Shown here: in pieces, positions 37,597 to 45,929 of the stretch
Layout: every line of letters starts with the position of its first letter
How positions within the stretch are numbered: position 1 is the stretch's first letter
Program-made: the position numbers and the translations under genes
Notes under the pieces: generated by a model
Database searches by the model: none
What the model was told of the DNA's origin: nothing
The model's input: the letters and a program-made list of their open reading frames with translations, nothing else
Origin: Cytophagaceae bacterium
GTDB taxonomy: Bacteria > Bacteroidota > Bacteroidia > Cytophagales > Cytophagaceae
Direction of reading: 5' to 3'
Length of the DNA: 48,598 bases
Assembly: GCA_046313675.1 (NCBI GenBank)
Contig: JBKBXU010000001.1
Location: 1-48,598 of the forward strand

Positions 37597-38409
37597 TTAA
37601 AACCTGAATTTAAATCCCACTTGCACACCAGAAATCACCAAATCTCTTCTTTGAATGGGAATATAATCTTCTCGCAAAATTCTTTTATAGCTCTGAGTGA
37701 CATAATCTTGCCCATCAAAAGGCGGGATATTAGAGAGATTGTCCATATCTAAATACGTCATTTTCTTAAACCCTCTGAAATAAGAGTACGATAGAAAGAT
37801 ACTCCATTGGCCACTTCCCCTAAGTCTATCCTTTCTGAGATGTCCGGTCAATAAATATTCTAAACCAAGCTCAAATCCATAAACAGGCACAAAACTTCTA
37901 TGTAACAAGGAATTTTGTAAAGTAGTAGAGTAATAACCATCGCTTTCTGAATCTGCAAAATTTACCTGACCTTCCACACGATCACTTTCTATTATGGTAT
38001 TAGTAAGCTTTGACCTTGAACCCAGGCCTACAAATCCGATCTGTGGAGAAATATAAGGAAGAAGCCTGTGGTAGGAATAGTGTTTGATAAATTTTGTTCC
38101 TAATGTCCATTTGCTAAGATTATTCCTGTATTGAAGATGTAAATATTCTAAACCGCTTGGCTCTTCCCAGACCGTTAGGCCGGAGTGTGCTTTAGAACCA
38201 AAACTTCCACTCAGGGCAAGGATCAGGGGGAAGTCCTGGAAAGGTATGTAGCCTAAGGAAAAGGTAAAACCGGTAAGATTGTGGGTGCCGGGCATTTCTA
38301 CTTTATCTGGCTCATCTTCATGCAAAGCAACCTTTAGCTCTACTTTTTGCGCAAATGAAGTAGAAAGGAAAAAAATGGTCAATATGGCTGTCATTAAATA
38401 TCTAACCAT
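37597..38409 (-). CDS. Outer-membrane beta-barrel protein, hypothetical
   Basis: Signal peptide (AILTIFFLSTSFAQ), amphipathic beta-strand pattern, C-terminal GFKFRF. Confidence 0.6.
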   Translation of the reverse strand: MVRYLMTAILTIFFLSTSFAQKVELKVALHEDEPDKVEMPGTHNLTGFTFSLGYIPFQDFPLILALSGSFGSKAHSGLTVWEEPSGLEYLHLQYRNNLSKWTLGTKFIKHYSYHRLLPYISPQIGFVGLGSRSKLTNTIIESDRVEGQVNFADSESDGYYSTTLQNSLLHRSFVPVYGFELGLEYLLTGHLRKDRLRGSGQWSIFLSYSYFRGFKKMTYLDMDNLSNIPPFDGQDYVTQSYKRILREDYIPIQRRDLVISGVQVGFKFRF

Positions 38410-38465
38410 ATCGGTTAAATATCTAATATTGTGCCAAAAAGGTTTAGAACTTACAAAGATCTCCC

Positions 38466-39185
38466 TTACCTGGTCATTATCACATAGTCTTTTAGAACCG
38501 TTTCCAGAAAAGCTACCCGGTTTTTAGGGAGTTCTTTTAGATCCAATTCATTTTTTACTTTATGAGCCATCATGTTCAATGCCTCCTGATGCGCAGGATT
38601 TCGGTATTTTTTTGTGCGGTCTATAACTGTTTTTAATAGCAGCATATCTTCTTCTTTGAATTTTCGCGCACCTGGGTAGGTTGGCATATAGTTATCAAGG
38701 CTTTTCCTATTGATAAGTTTGGAGAGGTTAAATGAATAATCGGGTTTAAAATTTATTACCGAGGTGTTTGCCAAGACATCCCCTATCCGCTGATTTTTTC
38801 TTGATGAACTAATAAGAAACGATGCTGCTGCCCCAAGGGTAAAATAAATATCTACCATTCGGAATACCCATCGGGTGAGGTAATCGTTCAAACTAAGATT
38901 TTGTCCGGAGAGCTTTGCAACACGTATGCCCAGGGCTGCCTTGCCAAGACTCTTTCCATCATTAAAAATTTCAAAAAAAAGGGAATAAAAAAAGAATATG
39001 GGTGCTGAAACAAAATAAACCACCAATTCGGAACTGAACATTCCTGCAAATACTAACGTAAGCAGAGATGCAGAAACGAGAATAATGATAAAATCTATAA
39101 TGAAAGCTAAAATTCGTTGCTGTAAGGTCGCTAACTTATATTCTATGCTTACATTCTGATTTGTGTAAATTTCTATCTTTTTCAT
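38466..39185 (-). CDS. RDD-family membrane protein
   Basis: QRILAFIIDFIIILV ... GKSLGKAALGIRV ... RIGDVLANT: RDD-domain residues in the usual TM context, plus a soluble C-terminal extension. Confidence 0.75.
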   Translation of the reverse strand: MKKIEIYTNQNVSIEYKLATLQQRILAFIIDFIIILVSASLLTLVFAGMFSSELVVYFVSAPIFFFYSLFFEIFNDGKSLGKAALGIRVAKLSGQNLSLNDYLTRWVFRMVDIYFTLGAAASFLISSSRKNQRIGDVLANTSVINFKPDYSFNLSKLINRKSLDNYMPTYPGARKFKEEDMLLLKTVIDRTKKYRNPAHQEALNMMAHKVKNELDLKELPKNRVAFLETVLKDYVIMTR

Positions 39186-39225
39186 CGTTAATTATGCTCA
39201 GAATTTCTATTTTTATAACCGGTTT

Positions 39226-41046
39226 ATGAAAGAAACGGATTTTATATCGCAAAATAAGAAGAAATGGCAAGAATTTGAACATATGCTTGCTACGGAAAAT
39301 AAAGATCCGAATAAGCTTACCGATCTTTATGTGCAAATTACCGATGATCTTTCCTATGCCAGAACCTTTTATCCAAACCGTTCAGTCAGGTTCTATTTAA
39401 ATAATCTTGCCCAACAGTTATTCTACGATGTAAATAAACAAAGAAGAAACAGCTTGAAGAACTTCATGAATTTCTGGAGTTTTCAAGTTCCACGTGTTGT
39501 ATACGAATCCCGAAAAGAATTGATGCTTTCGCTTGCCATATTTGTGATAGCGATGGCGATTGGTGTTTTTTCTTCGGTACAGGATCCTGATTTTCCTAAA
39601 GTTATATTGGGTGAAAGTTATGTGGCAATGACCATGGAAAATATTCAGAGCGGTGATCCCATGGCTGTATACAAAAAGTCCGGGCAGTTTGATATGTTTC
39701 TCGGCATCACCATGAATAATCTTTTGGTTGCCTTCCGTACCTTTGTAACAGGTTTACTTTTAGCGGTTGGTACGGTTTTGATTATGTTATACAATGGTAT
39801 CATGGTGGGAGCCTTCCAGTATTTTTTTATAGAAAAAGGCTTGTTTCTGGAATCATTTCTTACAATTTGGTTACATGGTACTCTGGAGATTTCTGCGATT
39901 ATAATTGCGGGAGGTGCAGGTTTAAAGTTGGGAAGCGGCCTCATATTTCCCGGAACATACTCCCGATTGCAGGCCTTTAAATTGAGCGGAAGAAAAGGCC
40001 TTATTATTATGATGAGTCTGGTGCCTGTTTTCGTTTTGGCAGCTTTAATAGAAGGTTTTATTACCAGGTATACTGAAATGCCTAATTTATTAAGGGGAGG
40101 TTTAATTCTTGCTTCCTTATTATTTATAGTTGGATACTATGCTTTATTACCGCTACTAAAAGCACGGCGAGGTGATTTTCAAAATTTATCTGAAGAAAAA
40201 CTTACCCCATCCTATGATCCGGAAATCGATCTTAAAGCTATAAATTCTCCGGGGCAGATTTTCTCAAATAATTTTGTCTTCTACAAAAAGGCTTTTACGA
40301 AGATCGGTTTCTTTGCTTTGCTGGCTTCAGTTCTTTGTACCATTCCTGTAACCTTTGTCCTCAACAAAGTTATCGGATTAAATGAACTTGAAAGTAGTAT
40401 ATTTTTTGTGGCTAATCTCTTTAACTATGACCATTCTTATGGAACATATCTTGCCATAGTTAATTGCCTGATGTTGGGAAGCACGATTATGTTTACCCTG
40501 CATCTTATAAATAAAAACCACTTTAATGGAGCCTACCGAAAAAAGCTACTTTCGGTATTATTACCTGTAGCAGTACTGGCGGTACTTGTTCAGATTGCAC
40601 TTCACTTTCACCCTTTCTTTATGGTGTTATCTGTTGTGTTGGTATTGCCTGTATTATTCATGTGGTGCCAACTGGTATTTTTTGAAGATGGCAATCCTTT
40701 TACACAACTATCAAGAACCATGGACTTATCCTTTTCCGGATATGGCAAGCTGTTGACATTACTGCTAATACTGTTAGCAACATCAACAATATATTTTTTA
40801 TTAATTGAATCTCCTCTAACCTATGTTTTTTTTGAGGCAATTAATATGAATTTGGAAATTGAGCCGGAGCAAAGAAAAATACTCTACATCATTTTTTCTG
40901 TTTTTATCTCATTTCTTGGCTTAAATCTCATTATCCCCTTATACGTATTTGGCTTTATGCAAAGCTTTTTTTCTAATAGGGAAACTATGGATGCCGTGCA
41001 TCTGAAGGAAAGAATTAACAGCTTTGGACTTTCGAAGAAACAATGA
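39226..41046 (+). CDS. SpoIIM-like (DUF95) polytopic membrane protein with a long extra C-terminal TM region
   Basis: NNLLVAFRTFVTGLLLAVGTVLIMLYNGIMVGAF and WLHGTLEISAIIIAGGAGLKLG are the signature blocks of the stage II sporulation protein M family. Residues ~340-606 add further hydrophobic helices. Confidence 0.75.
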   Translation: MKETDFISQNKKKWQEFEHMLATENKDPNKLTDLYVQITDDLSYARTFYPNRSVRFYLNNLAQQLFYDVNKQRRNSLKNFMNFWSFQVPRVVYESRKELMLSLAIFVIAMAIGVFSSVQDPDFPKVILGESYVAMTMENIQSGDPMAVYKKSGQFDMFLGITMNNLLVAFRTFVTGLLLAVGTVLIMLYNGIMVGAFQYFFIEKGLFLESFLTIWLHGTLEISAIIIAGGAGLKLGSGLIFPGTYSRLQAFKLSGRKGLIIMMSLVPVFVLAALIEGFITRYTEMPNLLRGGLILASLLFIVGYYALLPLLKARRGDFQNLSEEKLTPSYDPEIDLKAINSPGQIFSNNFVFYKKAFTKIGFFALLASVLCTIPVTFVLNKVIGLNELESSIFFVANLFNYDHSYGTYLAIVNCLMLGSTIMFTLHLINKNHFNGAYRKKLLSVLLPVAVLAVLVQIALHFHPFFMVLSVVLVLPVLFMWCQLVFFEDGNPFTQLSRTMDLSFSGYGKLLTLLLILLATSTIYFLLIESPLTYVFFEAINMNLEIEPEQRKILYIIFSVFISFLGLNLIIPLYVFGFMQSFFSNRETMDAVHLKERINSFGLSKKQ

Positions 41047-41771
41047 GGGTAAGTATAAAAATAGCAGCTATTCTCTGTCTTTACTTCTGTATTGGTTCCT
41101 CTATACCGGCACAGGCAGAGGATAACTATTGGGATCAGGAAATGCCTGTAAGGCCTGTTGATGAGAAGAAGTGGCAGGAATTAAAAGCAGAAATGGATTA
41201 TTCCCCAAAGAAAAAAAGTATCCAGAAAGATAAGGATTCCAATAAAAAAGAAAGGGGGGCGGACTCATCCTCTGAGCCTTCAGTTTTTTCTGGACCAATG
41301 AACTTGGGACCGGTTTTTCAATATTTAGGATATGCATTATTAATTGCACTGCTGGTATTTGTCATATTTAAGCTATTCAATATTGACTTATTCAGGTCAG
41401 GTCGCAGAGTTAGCGGAGGCACAGGGATTACGATTGAACATATTGAAGAGCAGATTCATGAATCAGATCTGGAGAGGTTCCTTCGTGAGGCTATAGAGCA
41501 AAAGCAATATAAATTGGCTATAAGAATCTATTTTCTGATTGTTCTTAAAGAATTGTCAGAAAACAACTTTATCGTTTGGAAAAAGGATAAAACTAACAGG
41601 GAATACCTTTATGAAATGTCGGGAAAGAAGAGTCACCAAAGTTTTATAAATGTTGTCAGGATTTATGAGAAAACATGGTATGGAGATTCTACCATTGACG
41701 AAACACAATACCAGGGCCTGATACCGCATTTTGAGCAATTTGTACAAAACGTAAGGAGGAAAACTCAGTGA
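41043..41771 (+). CDS. DUF4129-domain membrane protein
   Basis: Signal/TM, then a K/D/S-rich linker, a central TM (LGYALLIALLVFVIF), and a C-terminal helical domain (KLAIRIYFLIVLKELSENNFIVWKKDKTNREYLYEM...VRIYEKTWYG) matching the DUF4129 pattern. ATGA overlap with the upstream gene. Confidence 0.7.
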   Translation: MRVSIKIAAILCLYFCIGSSIPAQAEDNYWDQEMPVRPVDEKKWQELKAEMDYSPKKKSIQKDKDSNKKERGADSSSEPSVFSGPMNLGPVFQYLGYALLIALLVFVIFKLFNIDLFRSGRRVSGGTGITIEHIEEQIHESDLERFLREAIEQKQYKLAIRIYFLIVLKELSENNFIVWKKDKTNREYLYEMSGKKSHQSFINVVRIYEKTWYGDSTIDETQYQGLIPHFEQFVQNVRRKTQ

Positions 41772-43027
41772 GCAAGCTCCGGGCAAATTGGTATTGGTTA
41801 TTGGTAATTCCCGTAATATTTGTGGGAGTTTATTTGTTTTCGTCGGATGATGAGAAACAACATAACTGGAATGAGCATTACCGGAATGACAGTAAAGACC
41901 CCTTTGGTACTTTTGCTATACAGGAATTGCTGAAAACCTATAATAAGGACGAATCTTTTGAGTTGTTAAATGGCCCCCTTCATAAACAATTGCCAATAAA
42001 TGAAGAAGGGCCTGCCAATTATGTTTTTATAGGTGATGTTATACACCTTAGCCAGCAGGATATTGATAATTTACTGGCCTTTGTCGCATCAGGCAATACA
42101 GCCTTTATAGCAGGCAATAATTTTTCATCAGAGCTAATGAATACCATATTTGGGGAGGTTTGTGAAGAGTGGTCCCGGCACCATGAAGAAGCTGATACCA
42201 TGGCTTTACTTAATTTGCTTCACGAAGACCTTTATGATTCGGATGGGTATTTATTTGTAACCCCACCGCAAAAAATTTTTCTTGGCAGGTATTATAGCTG
42301 GCGTGGTATAAACAGCGATTTCTTCTGTGATTTCATGGATGACATGTATTCACACCTGGGTTACATAGGAAGTGATACAGCTAATTTTGTCAATTTTATT
42401 GAAAGTAATCATGGAAATGGAAAGTTTATCTTCCATACAACCCCGATTGTTTTTACCAATTATCACTTATTGACACCTCATGGCAAAGTCTATGCGAGTA
42501 AAGTGTTTAGTCATTTAAATACCGGTAAAATATTTTGGGATCAACACAGTAAAGTATCTCAATCAGGATCAGAGATTTCAGGTAGCCCGCTTAAGTTAAT
42601 CCTTAGCAACAGATCTTTAAGGACTGCCTGGTATCTCAGCCTTTTCTTTTTATTGACATATATTTTGTTCTTTGCCAAAAGACGACAACGAACCATTCCA
42701 ATTCATGAACAGCTGTCCAATAGTTCACTGAATTTCATTAAGTCTGTTGGCAACTTATATTTAAAACAAAAGCAGCCAAGACGCTTGATGAAGCTTAAGA
42801 TGCAGTATTTCCTTAGCTTTATCAGGCAACGCTATCATTTATCGACCAATAATACGAACAAGGATCTGATTATAAAACTCTCAGGAAAATCTGGTATTGA
42901 GAAGGCAGAAATTGAAAATATTTTTCAAATTTTTAATACGATTAGTCGCTATGACCTCGAGATGACTGATGATGATTTAATAAAGCTTCATACAGCACTC
43001 GATTATTTTTATAAAAATTGTAAATAA
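41768..43027 (+). CDS. DUF4350-like membrane protein
   Basis: GTG start overlapping the upstream stop (GTGA). N-terminal TM, a periplasmic-type domain (DPFGTFAIQELLKTY...), a second TM (WYLSLFFLLTYILFFAKRRQR), then a C-terminal helical region. Confidence 0.6.
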   Translation: MSKLRANWYWLLVIPVIFVGVYLFSSDDEKQHNWNEHYRNDSKDPFGTFAIQELLKTYNKDESFELLNGPLHKQLPINEEGPANYVFIGDVIHLSQQDIDNLLAFVASGNTAFIAGNNFSSELMNTIFGEVCEEWSRHHEEADTMALLNLLHEDLYDSDGYLFVTPPQKIFLGRYYSWRGINSDFFCDFMDDMYSHLGYIGSDTANFVNFIESNHGNGKFIFHTTPIVFTNYHLLTPHGKVYASKVFSHLNTGKIFWDQHSKVSQSGSEISGSPLKLILSNRSLRTAWYLSLFFLLTYILFFAKRRQRTIPIHEQLSNSSLNFIKSVGNLYLKQKQPRRLMKLKMQYFLSFIRQRYHLSTNNTNKDLIIKLSGKSGIEKAEIENIFQIFNTISRYDLEMTDDDLIKLHTALDYFYKNCK

Positions 43028-44010
43028 TGGAAGAAAACGTAACTACCACTGATCAGAACGATCAACAGTTTGAAAAAATTCAGCAATCCGTAAGCAGGAT
43101 AAGACAGGAAATTCAGCAGGTCATAATAGGACAAAATGAAATGATTGATCTTATGCTGGCTGCGCTTTTTACCGGAGGCCATGTTTTATTGGAAGGTGTT
43201 CCCGGGATAGCAAAAACTCTCTCAGCAAAATTGCTTGCCCAGACACTGGATGTTGATTTTTCCAGAATTCAGTTTACACCCGATCTGATGCCAACAGATG
43301 TAACAGGAACTTCTGTTTTTAACATGAAAAGCTCTGAATTTTACTTCCGAAAGGGGCCGGTTTTTTCAAACATCGTATTAATTGATGAGATCAACCGGGC
43401 ACCTGCTAAAACGCAATCTTCTTTATTTGAAGTAATGGAGGAAAAGCAGATTACCATAGATTCTGTAACGCATAAGCTTGAATACCCATTTTTCGTAATA
43501 GCTACACAAAATCCCATAGAGCAGGAAGGAACCTACAAGCTGCCTGAAGCTCAAATGGATCGATTTGTGTTCAAGATTAAGCTTAATTATCCTTCTTTAG
43601 ATGAAGAGATGCAAATACTGACTCGTTTCAGGGATAACTTTTCAATAGCCACAGCGGATGTTAAACCTGTACTTACTGCGGAGGAAATAAAAGCCTGTAG
43701 TACTGCCATTGAAAAAGTATATATCAAGGATGAGTTATTAGCATACATCGCCGCAATTATTAATAATACCCGTAATAATGGGGATATTTTTCTTGGAGCC
43801 TCACCCAGGGCTTCTCTGGCTATTATGCGAACTTCAAAATGCATAGCTGCCATGAATGGCCGTAGTTTTGTAATTCCTGATGATATTCAATATGTAGCGA
43901 ACTTTGTGTTAAACCATAGAATAATACCTGCACCGGAAAGAGAAATGGAAGGCCTAACTGCAGAAGATATAATTAAGGGGATTATTGAAAATATTGAGGT
44001 GCCAAGATGA
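43027..44010 (+). CDS. MoxR-family AAA+ ATPase
   Basis: Walker A LLEGVPGIAKT, FSRIQFTPDLMPTDVTG, Walker B VLIDEINRAPAKTQS, and VIATQNPIEQEGTYKLPEAQMDRF. TAATG overlap with the upstream gene. Confidence 0.92.
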   Translation: MEENVTTTDQNDQQFEKIQQSVSRIRQEIQQVIIGQNEMIDLMLAALFTGGHVLLEGVPGIAKTLSAKLLAQTLDVDFSRIQFTPDLMPTDVTGTSVFNMKSSEFYFRKGPVFSNIVLIDEINRAPAKTQSSLFEVMEEKQITIDSVTHKLEYPFFVIATQNPIEQEGTYKLPEAQMDRFVFKIKLNYPSLDEEMQILTRFRDNFSIATADVKPVLTAEEIKACSTAIEKVYIKDELLAYIAAIINNTRNNGDIFLGASPRASLAIMRTSKCIAAMNGRSFVIPDDIQYVANFVLNHRIIPAPEREMEGLTAEDIIKGIIENIEVPR

Positions 44011-45341
44011 TAAAGCTCGTTAAAGGACTTTACTTGCCCCTGAAATTTTTTCTGCTGGGCGGCCTGGTGATAGCGGTATTTATTTTCAGCTTTGCCTTCC
44101 CGCTCCTTTTTATTCTTGCACAGGCCTTGCTAGTGCTTTTATTAGCAGGCTTACTGGCAGACGTATTTTTACTGTTTAATAAAAATGTCAGACTCAATTG
44201 CACGCGCTTTTCCGGCAATGTCTTTTCATTAGGAAGTGAAAATACCGTGCATATTCATATAGAAAATAACTTCCAGTATCCTTTAACAATCAAGGTGGTG
44301 GATGAATTGCCATTTCAATTCCAGGAAAGACAATTTGAGTTTCAGTTTAAATTAGGCTCCGATGACGAAAAGAAACTTACATATTCTCTTCGGCCAACTG
44401 AAAGAGGCGAGTATCATTTTGGCAAAACCCTGCTTTTTATAAGATCATTCCTTGGCCTGGCAGAACGCAAACTTCAGTTTGATCAGGAAAAGCTTGTGAA
44501 AGTTTATCCCTCCATTTTAGAAATGAAAAACATGGAACTGAAAGCTTTTCCACAAGTTTCGCATATGGGTGGTGTAAAGAAGATAAGGCGAATTGGCCAT
44601 AGCTATGAGTTTGAAAAAATTAAAAATTATGAACAGGGCGATGATATAAGAAGCATTCATTGGAAAGCGACAGGAAGAAGAGGGTATCTAATGGTGAACC
44701 AGTATGAGGATGAAAAGGCTCAACAGGTTTATTGCTTAATTGATAAAAGCAGGGTAATGAAAATGCCATTTAACAAGTTGAGCCTGCTTGATTATGCTAT
44801 TAATTCCTCTCTTGCGATATCGAACATTGCCTTACGCAAGCATGATAAAGCTGGGTTAATTACTTTTTCAGACAAATTTGAAACCCGGATTCCTGCTGCC
44901 AGGGGACACGGAAATTTGAAGAAGATTCTCGATGCCTTGTACAATGAGCAGGAAAGAAAAACAGAGGCCAATTATGAAGGGCTGTATCTGGGAATAAAAA
45001 ATCATATACGTGGACGAAGCTTGTTGTTTTTATACACCAATTTTGAGAGTCTTTATGCACTGGAGAGGGTTCTTCCTATACTGAGAAAAATTAATAAAAC
45101 CCATCTGCTGGTGGTAATCTTTTTTGAAAACACGGAAGTGAAAGATTTTTCAAGGCAAACTGTGCATACACTCCAGGATATACATGATCAGACAGTTGCT
45201 CAAAAATTTTTAGAAGAGAAACATCAGATAACCCTGCAGCTTCGAAAGTTTGGTATTCAGGCTTTGTATACCCGTCCGGAAGATCTGACCGTAAATACCT
45301 TAAACAAGTACCTGGAATTAAAATCCCGTGGGTTAATATAG
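44007..45341 (+). CDS. DUF58-domain protein (vWA-like partner of MoxR), N-terminal TM hairpin
   Basis: IGHSYEFEKIKNYEQGDDIRSIHWKATGRRGYLMVNQYEDEK is the canonical DUF58 block. Two N-terminal TM helices. ATGA overlap with the MoxR gene. Confidence 0.88.
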   Translation: MIKLVKGLYLPLKFFLLGGLVIAVFIFSFAFPLLFILAQALLVLLLAGLLADVFLLFNKNVRLNCTRFSGNVFSLGSENTVHIHIENNFQYPLTIKVVDELPFQFQERQFEFQFKLGSDDEKKLTYSLRPTERGEYHFGKTLLFIRSFLGLAERKLQFDQEKLVKVYPSILEMKNMELKAFPQVSHMGGVKKIRRIGHSYEFEKIKNYEQGDDIRSIHWKATGRRGYLMVNQYEDEKAQQVYCLIDKSRVMKMPFNKLSLLDYAINSSLAISNIALRKHDKAGLITFSDKFETRIPAARGHGNLKKILDALYNEQERKTEANYEGLYLGIKNHIRGRSLLFLYTNFESLYALERVLPILRKINKTHLLVVIFFENTEVKDFSRQTVHTLQDIHDQTVAQKFLEEKHQITLQLRKFGIQALYTRPEDLTVNTLNKYLELKSRGLI

Positions 45342-45361
45342 ATTTATTAATAATAAAGAAA

Positions 45362-45396
45362 AAAGGAAAACCAATGTAAAATTGGCTTTCCTTTTT
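45362..45396. terminator. Terminator hairpin after the MoxR/DUF58 operon (convergent with the next gene)
   Basis: AAAGGAAAACCAAT (45362-45375) pairs with ATTGGCTTTCCTTT (45381-45394), one mismatch. A-run before, T-run after. Confidence 0.7.
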
Positions 45397-45430
45397 ATAT
45401 TAGCTGTTCCCATCTTTTTAAAACAGGTTA

Positions 45431-45751
45431 TTAAAAATTACCGTCTAAAACCTCGTTATTGATACTTGCCGGGGCTTTGCTCCACCTGTTTTCAAGGTTT
45501 CTATGCAGTAGCCAGCAAGCAAGAATTCCAAAGGGCATGGCAATTAAATTTATTGCTATATCAGGTATATGATCAAGTTGAGGAGCTACACCGAGTTCAA
45601 TGAGAAAGCCCATGATTAAGCCGATCACGGCAGTTCCTGCATAATAGGACACTATTCCAAGTATGACATAAAGCCATTTTTTCTTTTTAAAGCGTTCTGC
45701 AAGACTGTAATAAGACTTGCCAATGAAATAAAGTAATAAAATTCCAAGCAC
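45431..45751 (-). CDS. Small integral membrane protein (3 TM), hypothetical
   Basis: 106 aa, three hydrophobic helices. No family recognised. Confidence 0.5.
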   Translation of the reverse strand: MLGILLLYFIGKSYYSLAERFKKKKWLYVILGIVSYYAGTAVIGLIMGFLIELGVAPQLDHIPDIAINLIAMPFGILACWLLHRNLENRWSKAPASINNEVLDGNF

Positions 45752-45877
45752 GATAAATAAGTATTAAATTAATGGATAAAAGCAAGTATTCAAGTTAAAA
45801 AGAAACTGTCTCTTTATAAAGATATTTTTTTTTAAATAAAGAATATTTTAACGAGAGGGTGTGGAGTGACCAACAGT

Positions 45878-45917
45878 AACCAAGCCTGGAAAAGTGTACA
45901 CCCTTCCAGGCTTGGTT
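45878..45917. other. Perfect 14-bp hairpin just 3' of the anti-sigma-like gene
   Basis: AACCAAGCCTGGAA (45878-45891) pairs with TTCCAGGCTTGGTT (45904-45917), 12-nt loop. There is no U-tract on either strand, so it is not a canonical intrinsic terminator. Confidence 0.5.
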
Positions 45918-45929
45918 AAAGAGATATCT

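Noticed and set aside
43027-45341. MoxR + DUF58 as the start of the Bacteroides aerotolerance (Bat) operon
   Set aside because: The Bat operon continues with the vWA membrane proteins BatA/BatB and the TPR proteins BatC/D/E. Here the operon ends at a terminator right after DUF58 and is preceded instead by SpoIIM-like, DUF4129 and DUF4350 genes.
45878-45917. The 14-bp hairpin as a fourth REP copy (shares CCCTTCCAG with the REP stem)
   Set aside because: Only a 9-mer is shared, and the same 9-mer also occurs inside coding sequence at 933-941. The leader and loop sequences of the REP family are absent. It is treated as an independent hairpin.
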